The notes beneath the pieces are model-generated. The model saw nothing but the letters and a program-made list of their open reading frames with translations, was not told where the DNA came from and made no database searches. 64,000 nucleotides of DNA from the IMG/VR virus record IMGVR_UViG_3300009503_000022, positions 46,356 to 110,355 of that record; one strand, 5' to 3'. A program made the position numbers and the translations under genes. Shown one piece after another: positions 9,096 to 19,048 of the stretch; the first letter of the stretch is position 1, and each line of letters begins with the position of its first letter. Source of the stretch: a virus.

Positions 9096-10521
9096 AAATC
9101 GCTCTTATAACTAAAGTTACTTCTTGATTATAAATACTCATATAACCTATACCGCTATCTATTGCTTTTTCTATTAAATAATAAGTTGTTTTACTTGATA
9201 AATTTAAAAATTTCTTAACATATATTGCTTCTCTAATTAATGGATCATCTCCCGCTATTTCTGTTGTAAATTCTTTATCACTTTCAGAATTATTAGAAGT
9301 TGATAAACTTATTGCAGCCGATTTTGGATTTGTATAACTATTTATTTGCAATGCACATTTATAAGATACATCCCAAACTCCAATAGGTATAGTTATTGCA
9401 AGACTTGCTAAATTATACCAAGTTCCAGCAACAGGATTAGATTGTTCTCTAAAAATCGTATCTGTTATTTTCACTTCCCACTTTGACGGATCTAATGGAA
9501 ATCCGTATGGTGCTTTTTGAGTACTAAAATATGGATTAACTATACTTGAATTTAATAAATCATAATCTGTTCCCATATACAAAGTTAAAAGCGTATTTGG
9601 AGAAGAATAATTTACATCTGTTATAATCCCATATTGAATATAATTACTTAATAAAGTATATTGTAAATTTTCATCTGTAGTCTCTTTTGCTACTTGTAAT
9701 GCAGTATTTCCATCTAAAACTACTCCATTATACAAAGCAAAATCATCAATATAACCATCTAAAAAATTAGTATCTGTTCCTGTTAAATTTGCACAACCTA
9801 ATCTAACATAATTAGTAGATGCATAACCAGGTGCATAAGGCCAGTAAGCACTATTTTCTAAAATACCATCTACATATATACTAAGTAAATTCCCATCCCA
9901 ACAACATCTTATTGTATGCCATACACCATCGCAAATATTTTTTATTCCACTTATTGATTTATAATCTACATTTTCAATTGTTCCAGTATTCCTTCCTGAT
10001 AAAAACCATACTACACCTGTAGAAGTAGCAGCAGTAACTCTAATTCCAGATACATTAGGATTTTGAGAACCTGACCAAAATATCATACTATCTGCTGTAG
10101 GAATATTACTTCTTTTAAATCTAAATTCTATTGTAAATTTACCTGTTGGTTTCCAATCAGAATGATCAGTAAATGTTATTCTATCACTAGAACTTGAAAC
10201 AAAAAATAAACCTCTATCTATATAACCAACATTATTTAAAATTGCTGATCTGCTTGCTGTACCATCATGATTATTACCACTATTATCAACTAAAGTAGTT
10301 CCAGAAGTTTCGTTACATTTAAACCAAGCTTTTAAATAAGAACTTAAATCTTGATTAAACTTAACCTTCATTCCTTTAGAATATTTACTACGTAAATCAG
10401 CATTTGCAATTGAAATAACGTATGTAGGATCATCAGCACTAGAATAAACCCAAGTTTCTTTTGCGGGTATCCATGCAATATCTGCATTTATATTATTTCT
10501 ACCAACTAATGTTTCTGTCAT
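9082..10521 (-). CDS. receptor-binding protein with LamG/concanavalin-like domain
   Basis: WFKCNETSGTTLVDNSGN...FTIEF...DGVWHTI...IYVDG...GYIDDFALYN. Confidence 0.75.
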   Translation of the reverse strand: MTETLVGRNNINADIAWIPAKETWVYSSADDPTYVISIANADLRSKYSKGMKVKFNQDLSSYLKAWFKCNETSGTTLVDNSGNNHDGTASRSAILNNVGYIDRGLFFVSSSSDRITFTDHSDWKPTGKFTIEFRFKRSNIPTADSMIFWSGSQNPNVSGIRVTAATSTGVVWFLSGRNTGTIENVDYKSISGIKNICDGVWHTIRCCWDGNLLSIYVDGILENSAYWPYAPGYASTNYVRLGCANLTGTDTNFLDGYIDDFALYNGVVLDGNTALQVAKETTDENLQYTLLSNYIQYGIITDVNYSSPNTLLTLYMGTDYDLLNSSIVNPYFSTQKAPYGFPLDPSKWEVKITDTIFREQSNPVAGTWYNLASLAITIPIGVWDVSYKCALQINSYTNPKSAAISLSTSNNSESDKEFTTEIAGDDPLIREAIYVKKFLNLSSKTTYYLIEKAIDSGIGYMSIYNQEVTLVIRAICAYL

Positions 10522-10541
10522 AACTTATCTCCTATTAAATT

Positions 10542-10940
10542 TTATAAATTATTAAATTCCGCTATCTTACTATCTCTTTCGGCTATTAAAGCGTCTCTTT
10601 CTGCTATTATACTTGTTGTATTAACTGTTGTGTAAACTAAAAGATTTGCACAGGCATCTATTCTTCTTTGTAAATCTATTATTTCTTGCTTTAAACCTTC
10701 TTTTCTTTTAGCATTTATTTCAGGTTGTTTTTCCTCTTGAGTTCTTTCAACAATTCCTGTTCCTTCAACCCATTTATATTTTAAAACCATATTTTCATCA
10801 TAAAGTTGTAAATTATAATGCCTATTGTCACTTTCTTCTACTAATTTATCTCCTTCTATTGGTTGCTCAAAAGCATCTGAAAAAGATTTTATCACTTTAT
10901 TGTTTTCATCTATTCTTACATAGTGTTTGTAATTTGCCAT
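10542..10940 (-). CDS. tail fibre assembly chaperone-like protein
   Basis: Paralog of 8667-9095; lies among fibre genes. Confidence 0.65.
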   Translation of the reverse strand: MANYKHYVRIDENNKVIKSFSDAFEQPIEGDKLVEESDNRHYNLQLYDENMVLKYKWVEGTGIVERTQEEKQPEINAKRKEGLKQEIIDLQRRIDACANLLVYTTVNTTSIIAERDALIAERDSKIAEFNNL

Positions 10941-10994
10941 TTTAAGTACCCCCTTATCTACATCTCTCTATCTACAATAAAAAACTTTTATTTA

Positions 10995-11381
10995 TTAAAA
11001 ATCATTTATCAAATAAAGACATTGATTTTTATTACATTCATCTTGTATTATTTCTTTAGCTAATTGATCTTTAGTTTTACCCTCAATACTAATATTTCTT
11101 GCTATAGCATCTGTTTGAACTTCTTCTAATGTGTGAGCTAATAAATGTAAATAATGTAATTTTTGAGCATTTTCATCTCCTGACATAGGATAAAAGCTTA
11201 TCAATTGTCCATTTGTAACTTTAACTTTTAGTGTATTTTTAATATCATTATTTTGTAAATCTTTAGCATGTTCTAAATTTAAAACAGAAACATTGCTTTC
11301 CGATAATGGATTTGATATATCTATTTCGGCTAAATCTACAGTTAAATTTTGTTTATCAAAATTCGTAATAGAAACTAACAT
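10995..11381 (-). CDS. hypothetical protein
   Basis: ORF with GGAGG RBS. Confidence 0.55.
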   Translation of the reverse strand: MLVSITNFDKQNLTVDLAEIDISNPLSESNVSVLNLEHAKDLQNNDIKNTLKVKVTNGQLISFYPMSGDENAQKLHYLHLLAHTLEEVQTDAIARNISIEGKTKDQLAKEIIQDECNKNQCLYLINDF

Positions 11382-11389
11382 ATTACCTC

Positions 11390-12319
11390 CTATAATTTAT
11401 ATTCTGCAGACCATTCATACATTCCAATTAACCCTAAAGTTCCTGATCCATTTATAAGAAATCTTCCATTAAAATATTCTTTATTAACATTACCAAAAGA
11501 ATCAAAATAACTACCAGTTCCCGCACTATTAAAATTATATACTGTCATCGTCGGCGTTCCTGCTTTCGTAACTTTAAAATTATATCTTTGTTCTATATAA
11601 GCATAAGATCCAATACTTGGACCATAAACATAACCTAAACCTCCACCTCCATATTCATAATACCTTTGGCAATCTGTTAAATCTTGACTCTGTAATTTAG
11701 GAATATAATTTGCAGGTTGAGAACCTATTACTAACATTGCTTCGTCTACATAAAAAGTCATTGTTACATTTGTATTGTATTCTATACCTGCCATAACTGT
11801 TGTAATACCACTATTAGGAATAGTTCTTATCACAATAAGATTTTGAAATGTGTTATCTCCAGTATGATAATTAGAATAAGATACTCCGCTTCCATCATAT
11901 ATATAAGCTCTAACTTTATTAGAAACACTACATTTTACTTTAATAGAAAAAGATAAAGTTTTACCTTTATATTCTTCGAATTTTTCTAATGGTTGATAAA
12001 AATTACCAACTGCCGTTCCTGTAGTTGGAATTACAATCTTAGCACTATATTTACCTGAAACAAAATTACCAGAACTACTTTCTTGTGAAATATTAGGTGC
12101 TGTTGCTCCTGGTTCATTATGAGTTTTCCACATATCAACTGTATAATTTCCATCTGCTACATTATTAAAAATAGTTCCTCTCTGCCATATCTCAAATCCA
12201 CCATTAATTAGTATATTAGAAGGTTGAGCAAGAGGTATTTGAGAAGATGCAATATAATCACTACTTCCTATTTCTCTTATTATTCCATCACTACTATAAA
12301 CTGTTTTTCTTTCTACCAT
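11390..12319 (-). CDS. tail fibre / receptor-binding protein with CBM-like domain
   Basis: NILINGGFEIWQRG...SGKYSAK...CQRYY; same family as 7585-8655. Confidence 0.75.
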   Translation of the reverse strand: MVERKTVYSSDGIIREIGSSDYIASSQIPLAQPSNILINGGFEIWQRGTIFNNVADGNYTVDMWKTHNEPGATAPNISQESSSGNFVSGKYSAKIVIPTTGTAVGNFYQPLEKFEEYKGKTLSFSIKVKCSVSNKVRAYIYDGSGVSYSNYHTGDNTFQNLIVIRTIPNSGITTVMAGIEYNTNVTMTFYVDEAMLVIGSQPANYIPKLQSQDLTDCQRYYEYGGGGLGYVYGPSIGSYAYIEQRYNFKVTKAGTPTMTVYNFNSAGTGSYFDSFGNVNKEYFNGRFLINGSGTLGLIGMYEWSAEYKL

Positions 12320-12334
12320 ATTAAACTCCTTTTA

Positions 12335-15300
12335 TTATGCTAAAACTGTATATATATTATTAAAGTTAAAAACTACAGTAGTTGTATTTTTAGCATATCC
12401 TACAATTTGAACTACTTTACCAGAACCGCTTGGGGGAGTCTGCGTTAAACTTCCTGATGCTGACACATAAATTTTTCCACCTACTGTCCAATTCCAACTT
12501 GGATTACTTACTTCTCCAATAATTAAAGCATCACCAGTATTACCTACTGCTAAATTTGTTAACATTATTCCACAAGCAGGCATTGTAGATTCTGAATTTG
12601 AATCGGCTTTACCATATTCGTCAGAATTAGTAGTTTTATAAATTACATCATAAGTACTTAATCCACCTGTAGCAGCTTTAACCTTAATCGTAACATCACT
12701 TCTACCAGAACTACCTGTAATACAAATTACAGTTCCTGATTCTGGACTTGCAAATGTTATAGTTAACTGATTAGTTGAATTATGTACTATTGAATTAGGT
12801 ATTATAACAGCATTATTATTATCTATAACTTGAACTTGTGGATAAGCATTTAAATTATGATTAACTACTACAGTCGTTTGATTTGTAAATGATGTTTCTA
12901 CTCTATTAGTCGAAGTTCCTACCATTACTCTAAATGTAACTTTTTCTCCAGCAATTCTACCAGTATTAAATGTTACTCTTGTTGAACTAGTTTCTACATA
13001 ATCATCATTTACTCTTTTCAAAATACCATCACAAAATACTTGTAAACTATTATCACCTTGTTGATAACTAAATGGTAAATCGAATACAGTTTGTCCTTCT
13101 GTTGCTATAAATGCTGCATATCTTGGTAAAACTCCTACTGTCCCTCCTGCTCCTCCACCACCAAGATTTAAAAACATACGAACATCTTTAATGTCATTTT
13201 CGTCTATTACTACTGTTCCCGTCTCTGTAATTGTAATTTCTGCTAATACTTGTTTATTTGTAGGATAATTTTCTGGTAATGGTGAAGAATTTTCTGTTCC
13301 TGCTATCCTACTTAATACTCCTGCATCGTCAATACATAATAAATCAATTCTTGGATTTGTTGTAACAGGAGGAAATATAGGCGAATCTCCACCTGTAAAT
13401 GTAACAGAACCAGTACCATCTGATTTAACAAATGTTCCCGGTCTAACTGTAACTTTATTATCAGGAGTAGTTCTTGGAACTACTTTTAATTCATCAGTAT
13501 TTCGTATATTAAGTCTTTTTAAATTAGACGAATCTGCACTACTTATTAAACCATTAATATTTAAATTTCCTCCAACTATCAAATTATCGTCTGTTTTTAA
13601 TGTATTTGCACTATCTCTATATAAATTAGTATCATTTTGCCAAATAATTTTATTATTTCCTACAAACAAAAGATCTAAATCTACAAAATCTACTTCTCCA
13701 ACTCCATTCTTTTTTCTAAAATAAGAATAACCATAAATATTTGCATTACCATCATTTACTACTAATCCATTTTGAGCTATAATTTGACCATTTGCGATTA
13801 TGTCATATTGAACTTCAAAATTATCATCTGTTTTTAATGTATCTGCAGCAGAACGATATAATTTAACATCAGCAGAAGAACCATAATAAATAGCTCCTTC
13901 TTCAAGATAAATATTAGCTCCATGCGTTGCAATTCCACTATCAGCATTAATTATTCCTCCCATATAAAGAGAATTTAAATACATTCTTCCTGTCGATAAA
14001 CCAGGAACACCATCTATTATATCTCTATATAAATTAACATCACTACCAAATCTTAAAGGATATGTTACACTACTATCTTGTAACGTAACTAATCCTCTTA
14101 TTGTAGTTGTATTTGTATTACCACTTCCTAATATACTATTACCATTAACAGTTAATGTTAATCCAACTATTAAATTATCATCTGTCTTTAATGTATCGCT
14201 TCCATTACGATAAAGAATAATATCATCTGTTGAGCCAAAATATATCGCAGCATTATCATTTTTTAAACGAATTATCCCAGTAGGGTTAACTATAACTTCT
14301 CCTGAAGAATATAAATTTCCATTAACATTTAAAGTATCATCTATTTTTAATACATTTGCACTTTCACGATATAAATCTACATCTGCTCCAAGTTTTAAAG
14401 TATGTGTTCCATCACTATCTATTAAAACAAGTGATCCTTTTATAGTTGTAGTATTTGAAATTGCATTCCCTAAAATTATAGTACCTGTAGCACTAAATAT
14501 TGTATCATTTATAACTACATTTCCCCCTATAGATAATATATTTAAACCATCTAACCAAATTTTAACACCAGGATTTCCTGAATAAAATAATTGAATTTCT
14601 CCATTATTTGTTAAATATAACTTAGTTGAACCCGCTACATCAAAATACATATAATTATTAGTATGATTTATCCCTATTCTACCAATTGTAGCATTATCCG
14701 TATCTCCAAAATATAAATTAGAAAATCCTGAATTTCCTGCAATTATACTAATAGAAGCTGATTTTCCAGAAGTTTCTGAATTATTTACTATAAAATCATC
14801 ATCGGTTTTTAATATATTTTCTGCAAAACGATATAAATTAACATCGCTGTCAGTACCAAAATAAATAATACTATTATTTGATGCTAAATATAAATTATTT
14901 CCTATAACAAAAGAATCGTCTGTTTTTAAAACATTAACATTATTTCTATACAGATTAACATCATATAAATTCGAACCATCATACCACTCTATCTTACCAT
15001 CATTTGTTATTCTCAATTTTATAGAATTTTCTGTTCCATTCCAAGTTCTAAAATAAGTATATCCTGTCGAACCAAATGTTATATAATTATCGTGATTACT
15101 ACCATAATCAAATAAAATATCTCCATACGATCCAATATGCAAACTAGCAATCGGATTTACTTTTATACCAAGTTTACCATCTTTATCAAATACTAAAAAT
15201 AAATTACTATTTTCGTCAATTATATTGATAATATTTCCAGTTTGATTAGTAATTCTCTTTAAATTAAGCGTATTATCACCAATAATTTCAGATAAAATAG

Positions 15301-15475
15301 TGCTTTTAATAGATAATGTATTTGAAACATTACTTCCTAAAACTAAATTTCTCGCTAATTTAGAACTTACAACTGCATTATCTTGTATTTCAGAAGTCCC
15401 TACAGAATTAGATGCAAGATCAACATCTAATATTACATCTAACCCAATATCAGAACTTTGTATTTGAGTTAACAT
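12335..15475 (-). CDS. long tail fibre protein with repeated D.NLYR....LKTDD units
   Basis: Six full and one partial repeat; G/N/T-rich; ATEGQTVF domain. Confidence 0.75.
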   Translation of the reverse strand: MLTQIQSSDIGLDVILDVDLASNSVGTSEIQDNAVVSSKLARNLVLGSNVSNTLSIKSTILSEIIGDNTLNLKRITNQTGNIINIIDENSNLFLVFDKDGKLGIKVNPIASLHIGSYGDILFDYGSNHDNYITFGSTGYTYFRTWNGTENSIKLRITNDGKIEWYDGSNLYDVNLYRNNVNVLKTDDSFVIGNNLYLASNNSIIYFGTDSDVNLYRFAENILKTDDDFIVNNSETSGKSASISIIAGNSGFSNLYFGDTDNATIGRIGINHTNNYMYFDVAGSTKLYLTNNGEIQLFYSGNPGVKIWLDGLNILSIGGNVVINDTIFSATGTIILGNAISNTTTIKGSLVLIDSDGTHTLKLGADVDLYRESANVLKIDDTLNVNGNLYSSGEVIVNPTGIIRLKNDNAAIYFGSTDDIILYRNGSDTLKTDDNLIVGLTLTVNGNSILGSGNTNTTTIRGLVTLQDSSVTYPLRFGSDVNLYRDIIDGVPGLSTGRMYLNSLYMGGIINADSGIATHGANIYLEEGAIYYGSSADVKLYRSAADTLKTDDNFEVQYDIIANGQIIAQNGLVVNDGNANIYGYSYFRKKNGVGEVDFVDLDLLFVGNNKIIWQNDTNLYRDSANTLKTDDNLIVGGNLNINGLISSADSSNLKRLNIRNTDELKVVPRTTPDNKVTVRPGTFVKSDGTGSVTFTGGDSPIFPPVTTNPRIDLLCIDDAGVLSRIAGTENSSPLPENYPTNKQVLAEITITETGTVVIDENDIKDVRMFLNLGGGGAGGTVGVLPRYAAFIATEGQTVFDLPFSYQQGDNSLQVFCDGILKRVNDDYVETSSTRVTFNTGRIAGEKVTFRVMVGTSTNRVETSFTNQTTVVVNHNLNAYPQVQVIDNNNAVIIPNSIVHNSTNQLTITFASPESGTVICITGSSGRSDVTIKVKAATGGLSTYDVIYKTTNSDEYGKADSNSESTMPACGIMLTNLAVGNTGDALIIGEVSNPSWNWTVGGKIYVSASGSLTQTPPSGSGKVVQIVGYAKNTTTVVFNFNNIYTVLA

Positions 15476-15500
15476 AAATTATTCCTCCAATTAATTTTTT

Positions 15501-15887
15501 TTATGCTCCATTATGTCTATATATTACAAAAAAAGACGTCGTATTCGTATTCGGTATATAATTCATCGTTAATACTTTTCCTGAAAGAGTATAATCATTA
15601 TCGCTTCCTATTCTTCTAACTATACCATTATGAATTACCCATATAGGTCCAATAGGAGTATAACTTAAATTAAAAATATTAGTCGTTCCATTTACTAAAG
15701 AAGTTAAATCATCATAACCCCAAAATAATCCAATATTAGACATTATAGCATCTAAAATTGTCTGAGTACTATCGTGCTTTAACCTTAAATTTTCACCAGT
15801 AATAGAATCAGTAACATGCGTTGAATCAATTGTATGAAATTTTAAAGAATTCTCTTTTATATCCTCTGACTGTATTTTTCTTGCCAT
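15501..15887 (-). CDS. tail/baseplate-associated structural protein
   Basis: NGTTNIFNL...NG......DYT motif shared with 18300-18608 and the long fibre. Confidence 0.6.
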   Translation of the reverse strand: MARKIQSEDIKENSLKFHTIDSTHVTDSITGENLRLKHDSTQTILDAIMSNIGLFWGYDDLTSLVNGTTNIFNLSYTPIGPIWVIHNGIVRRIGSDNDYTLSGKVLTMNYIPNTNTTSFFVIYRHNGA

Positions 15888-15899
15888 ATATATTACTCC

Positions 15900-16112
15900 T
15901 TATTCTTTATTTTGTGCTATAATACTTAACAATCTTGCAATATCACCTAAAAAAATATTGTGTGCTTTTTGAACACACATTCCTTCTGATATAGTTTCAC
16001 CTTTTTCATTTTTAGAATACAATACTACCCATAATGCACATTTTTCTTGAATACATTTTTTTCTAAATCCTAAAAAAGTTTTATCACATTTCAAATTCAA
16101 TTTCTTTTCCAT
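15900..16112 (-). CDS. small Cys-rich hypothetical protein
   Basis: C...CIQEKCALW...C pattern. Confidence 0.55.
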   Translation of the reverse strand: MEKKLNLKCDKTFLGFRKKCIQEKCALWVVLYSKNEKGETISEGMCVQKAHNIFLGDIARLLSIIAQNKE

Positions 16113-16123
16113 ATTTCCTCCCC

Positions 16124-16315
16124 TTACTGATTTAATAACTGTCCAGATATAATAATACTTCCATTAAATTTCTTACCAATAGGAACATTTTTATCATATA
16201 ATATTGTTCCCGAAGGAATAGTATCTGGATTTACTATTATCAAAATTTTTGATCCAGATGATATATTTTCTAATATTAAACTTTCACTTGTAATTGTTGC
16301 TTCTATATCTGCCAT
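16124..16315 (-). CDS. hypothetical protein
   Basis: ORF with GGAGG RBS. Confidence 0.55.
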   Translation of the reverse strand: MADIEATITSESLILENISSGSKILIIVNPDTIPSGTILYDKNVPIGKKFNGSIIISGQLLNQ

Positions 16316-16330
16316 AATTTATCCTCCTTT

Positions 16331-18286
16331 TTAATATTTAATACAAACATATAACGTTAAAAATGGCGGAATATTAGATTCTGTACTTACTGTATGATTA
16401 TGTGTTAAATTCTCACTATTAATTCCATGCTGGTGATTTACTGTACCTGATATCGCTCCACTCGTTGTTCCAGAAAATGAATGAGTATGATGTTCTATCG
16501 CAAGATGAATATCTGTTCCTGTAGAATACCATCCTGAACGATTATTAACATCACTAGTTTCTCCACTATAATAATGTGTATGATTTACATCGAAGAAATT
16601 AGTAGCACCACCATGCGAATGAGATCCTAATGCATTACCTGTTGTATGCGAATGCGTTGCGCTTCCTCCTGTTAATCCTGGAGTATACGTAACTCCATCT
16701 TGCCCTATTATAAATCTTCCTTTTGCATTAGGTAAATATGCATTTGTATTTCCTGGTCCAATAAAAGGAGTTCCTAAACTTCTTAAATAAACTATTAAAT
16801 CGTAATATTCTGGATTTGTAGTATAATCAATTAAACTCCCATCACATTCTAACCATCCTGATTTAATAGATAAAAATAATCCTATTTGTCCTACTACTCC
16901 ACCAAAACTATCTCCTTCATAATATCTACCAAGTTGTAAATTATTTATCCCAATACTACCAAACTTTCTAAAATCTAATACTCCTTGAACTATAGGATCT
17001 GAATTAGGTATCTTAAATAAATATGACGGTGAACCTACCCATTCAGATGATCCTATTAAAAGAAAATTATTAGCTATAATAGTACTTAGAGATGTTGTAT
17101 AATTTAAAACTCCACTAGAATCTAAATAAAAATAATAAATACCCGGAGTACTTCCAGATGTAAATATAAATTCTTGATAATCATCATTTGGCATTACATT
17201 TGCCGATATTATATTACTTCTTGTTATTCTATTACCTTTAACGTATGCATATTCATCAGTAGCTAAATTATATATTCTTACTGTTTGAGCTCCAGAAAGC
17301 GTAATATATAATAAACTTAAAGTTGAATTTTTTCCAGCTGTTCCTGCTATAATATGATTTGAATGTTGTTCATTCCTATGACCAATCAAATCTTGTCCAG
17401 TATATCCTAAATCATAAATTGAAAGTCCATGTGGATTTTTATTCGTTATTAAATCAGGATTCCCGACTGCTTTTATATGATCTTCTAAACTATAACTTTT
17501 ATTTTTAGAATACTCAACTGTAACATCAGTTAAATCAGTAGGATTTTTTACTTTTACTGCTAATGGAGAATGTTGATAATATTTTCTTATATGATTTACA
17601 TCCTCATAAATAATATCATTTGATAATATAGGATTACCAATTCCATTAGCTGTAACTTTTCCTAAATATATTGCTTTAGTATATAAATTATGTCTTGGAG
17701 TTCCATCTATAACTGTTATATCTGCAAGTAATGCAACTATTATTTTATAACCATTTTTTTTATAAGGATATTTTATTCTATTTGTTTCTTGATCTATTAC
17801 ATATTTAGAATTTGGAGCATTCCAATTACCATAAGGATAATAAGGATCGCTCGGATCAATTTCTACAGTTTCTACATAGTCTATAAATATAAAATTCGGA
17901 ACATCTAATCCATAATCTTTTAAAGGAATCGCAATATTGCCACTAGAATATGGCATAGACTCAGGAGGAATTTGAGTATCTTGCTTATTAACTGAATTAG
18001 ACCAATTTAAACTAGTATCATAATTTACCGATTCGTTACTAAATATTTCTAATCTATCTCCATCTAAATTATATGCGATACCATATCCTATATCGATTTT
18101 AGTTGCATCGCTAGAATTAACCGTTATTTTAAACTCACCAGTTTTATCAATAGATTTTAAATATAATATCCCTGGCTGATAAATATCTATAGTTCTATTT
18201 TTAATTTCTTTCTCTTTCTTTGATTGCATCAAATTTAAATCATTAGATAATATTTCTTGATTTCCAAAAATATTTATTTTTTCCAT
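16331..18286 (-). CDS. tail fibre with collar domain and HxH metal-binding tip
   Basis: GWLECDGS...Y..L...LPN.KGRF..G collar; HSH/HTH/HQH/HNH repeats; NIPPF.....CIKY end. Confidence 0.8.
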   Translation of the reverse strand: MEKINIFGNQEILSNDLNLMQSKKEKEIKNRTIDIYQPGILYLKSIDKTGEFKITVNSSDATKIDIGYGIAYNLDGDRLEIFSNESVNYDTSLNWSNSVNKQDTQIPPESMPYSSGNIAIPLKDYGLDVPNFIFIDYVETVEIDPSDPYYPYGNWNAPNSKYVIDQETNRIKYPYKKNGYKIIVALLADITVIDGTPRHNLYTKAIYLGKVTANGIGNPILSNDIIYEDVNHIRKYYQHSPLAVKVKNPTDLTDVTVEYSKNKSYSLEDHIKAVGNPDLITNKNPHGLSIYDLGYTGQDLIGHRNEQHSNHIIAGTAGKNSTLSLLYITLSGAQTVRIYNLATDEYAYVKGNRITRSNIISANVMPNDDYQEFIFTSGSTPGIYYFYLDSSGVLNYTTSLSTIIANNFLLIGSSEWVGSPSYLFKIPNSDPIVQGVLDFRKFGSIGINNLQLGRYYEGDSFGGVVGQIGLFLSIKSGWLECDGSLIDYTTNPEYYDLIVYLRSLGTPFIGPGNTNAYLPNAKGRFIIGQDGVTYTPGLTGGSATHSHTTGNALGSHSHGGATNFFDVNHTHYYSGETSDVNNRSGWYSTGTDIHLAIEHHTHSFSGTTSGAISGTVNHQHGINSENLTHNHTVSTESNIPPFLTLYVCIKY

Positions 18287-18299
18287 ATCTTAACTCCTT

Positions 18300-18608
18300 T
18301 TAAATATCTTTTCTAATATAATCACAAACTAAATCTTGTCCTATTATTGGTATAACAGTTAATTGAAATTGATTATCTGATAATTCCGAATAATCAATAG
18401 TTCTTCTTAATCTTATACCATCTAAATATACCTTTAAAGTATTAGGCATATATAAATTAGAAACTGTAAATATACTTCTTACACCATCTATTTGAGATGT
18501 CAAATCTTCACCTATTTTAAATAAACCAGATTGTATAATAGTAAAATTTTCGTTCTGTTCTACAGATTTTATAAGTTTTTTTGATTGAAAATTTTTCTTA
18601 TATACCAT
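18300..18608 (-). CDS. tail/baseplate structural protein
   Basis: DG....FT.....L.VYLDG......DY motif. Confidence 0.6.
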   Translation of the reverse strand: MVYKKNFQSKKLIKSVEQNENFTIIQSGLFKIGEDLTSQIDGVRSIFTVSNLYMPNTLKVYLDGIRLRRTIDYSELSDNQFQLTVIPIIGQDLVCDYIRKDI

Positions 18609-18623
18609 ATTTTATTCTCCTTT

Positions 18624-19037
18624 TTACGAATATATACACCCATCCCAAACAGATATATCCCATCTACCAGCTATAGTTTCTGCTTTTTCAGGTTTATTAT
18701 CTTGTAAATCTCCAAAATATATACCAGCCTCTTCTTGCGTTGCTTCGCTTTCTTCATCAAATATATTTACACAACTAACTTTATAAAAATAAATTTCATT
18801 TTCTTCTATATCAATATCAATAAATATCGTATCGACTTTATTCTCGAAATCAGTAGTAGTAACTTCACCTAAAACAATAAAATCATTACTATTAGTTTTT
18901 TGAGTTCTATATACAATATATTTTTTTACAGTTACATCTTCATCATTAATATCTTTAGTAACTCTATCCCATTTTAAAATAGCATAATTATTTCTTTTAA
19001 TTACATAAAAATTCTCTGGTTTTTTAGGTTTAGCCAT
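18624..19037 (-). CDS. fibronectin type III domain protein
   Basis: P..P.N...LKW...YIVYR...FID...Y.YKV..VN...ES. Confidence 0.7.
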   Translation of the reverse strand: MAKPKKPENFYVIKRNNYAILKWDRVTKDINDEDVTVKKYIVYRTQKTNSNDFIVLGEVTTTDFENKVDTIFIDIDIEENEIYFYKVSCVNIFDEESEATQEEAGIYFGDLQDNKPEKAETIAGRWDISVWDGCIYS

Positions 19038-19048
19038 ATTTATTTCTC

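Noticed and set aside
7585-12319. Diversity-generating retroelement or invertible fibre cassette
   Set aside because: No reverse transcriptase or invertase in the window, no near-identical template/variable pair with A-only mismatches noticed, and all cassettes are on one strand.
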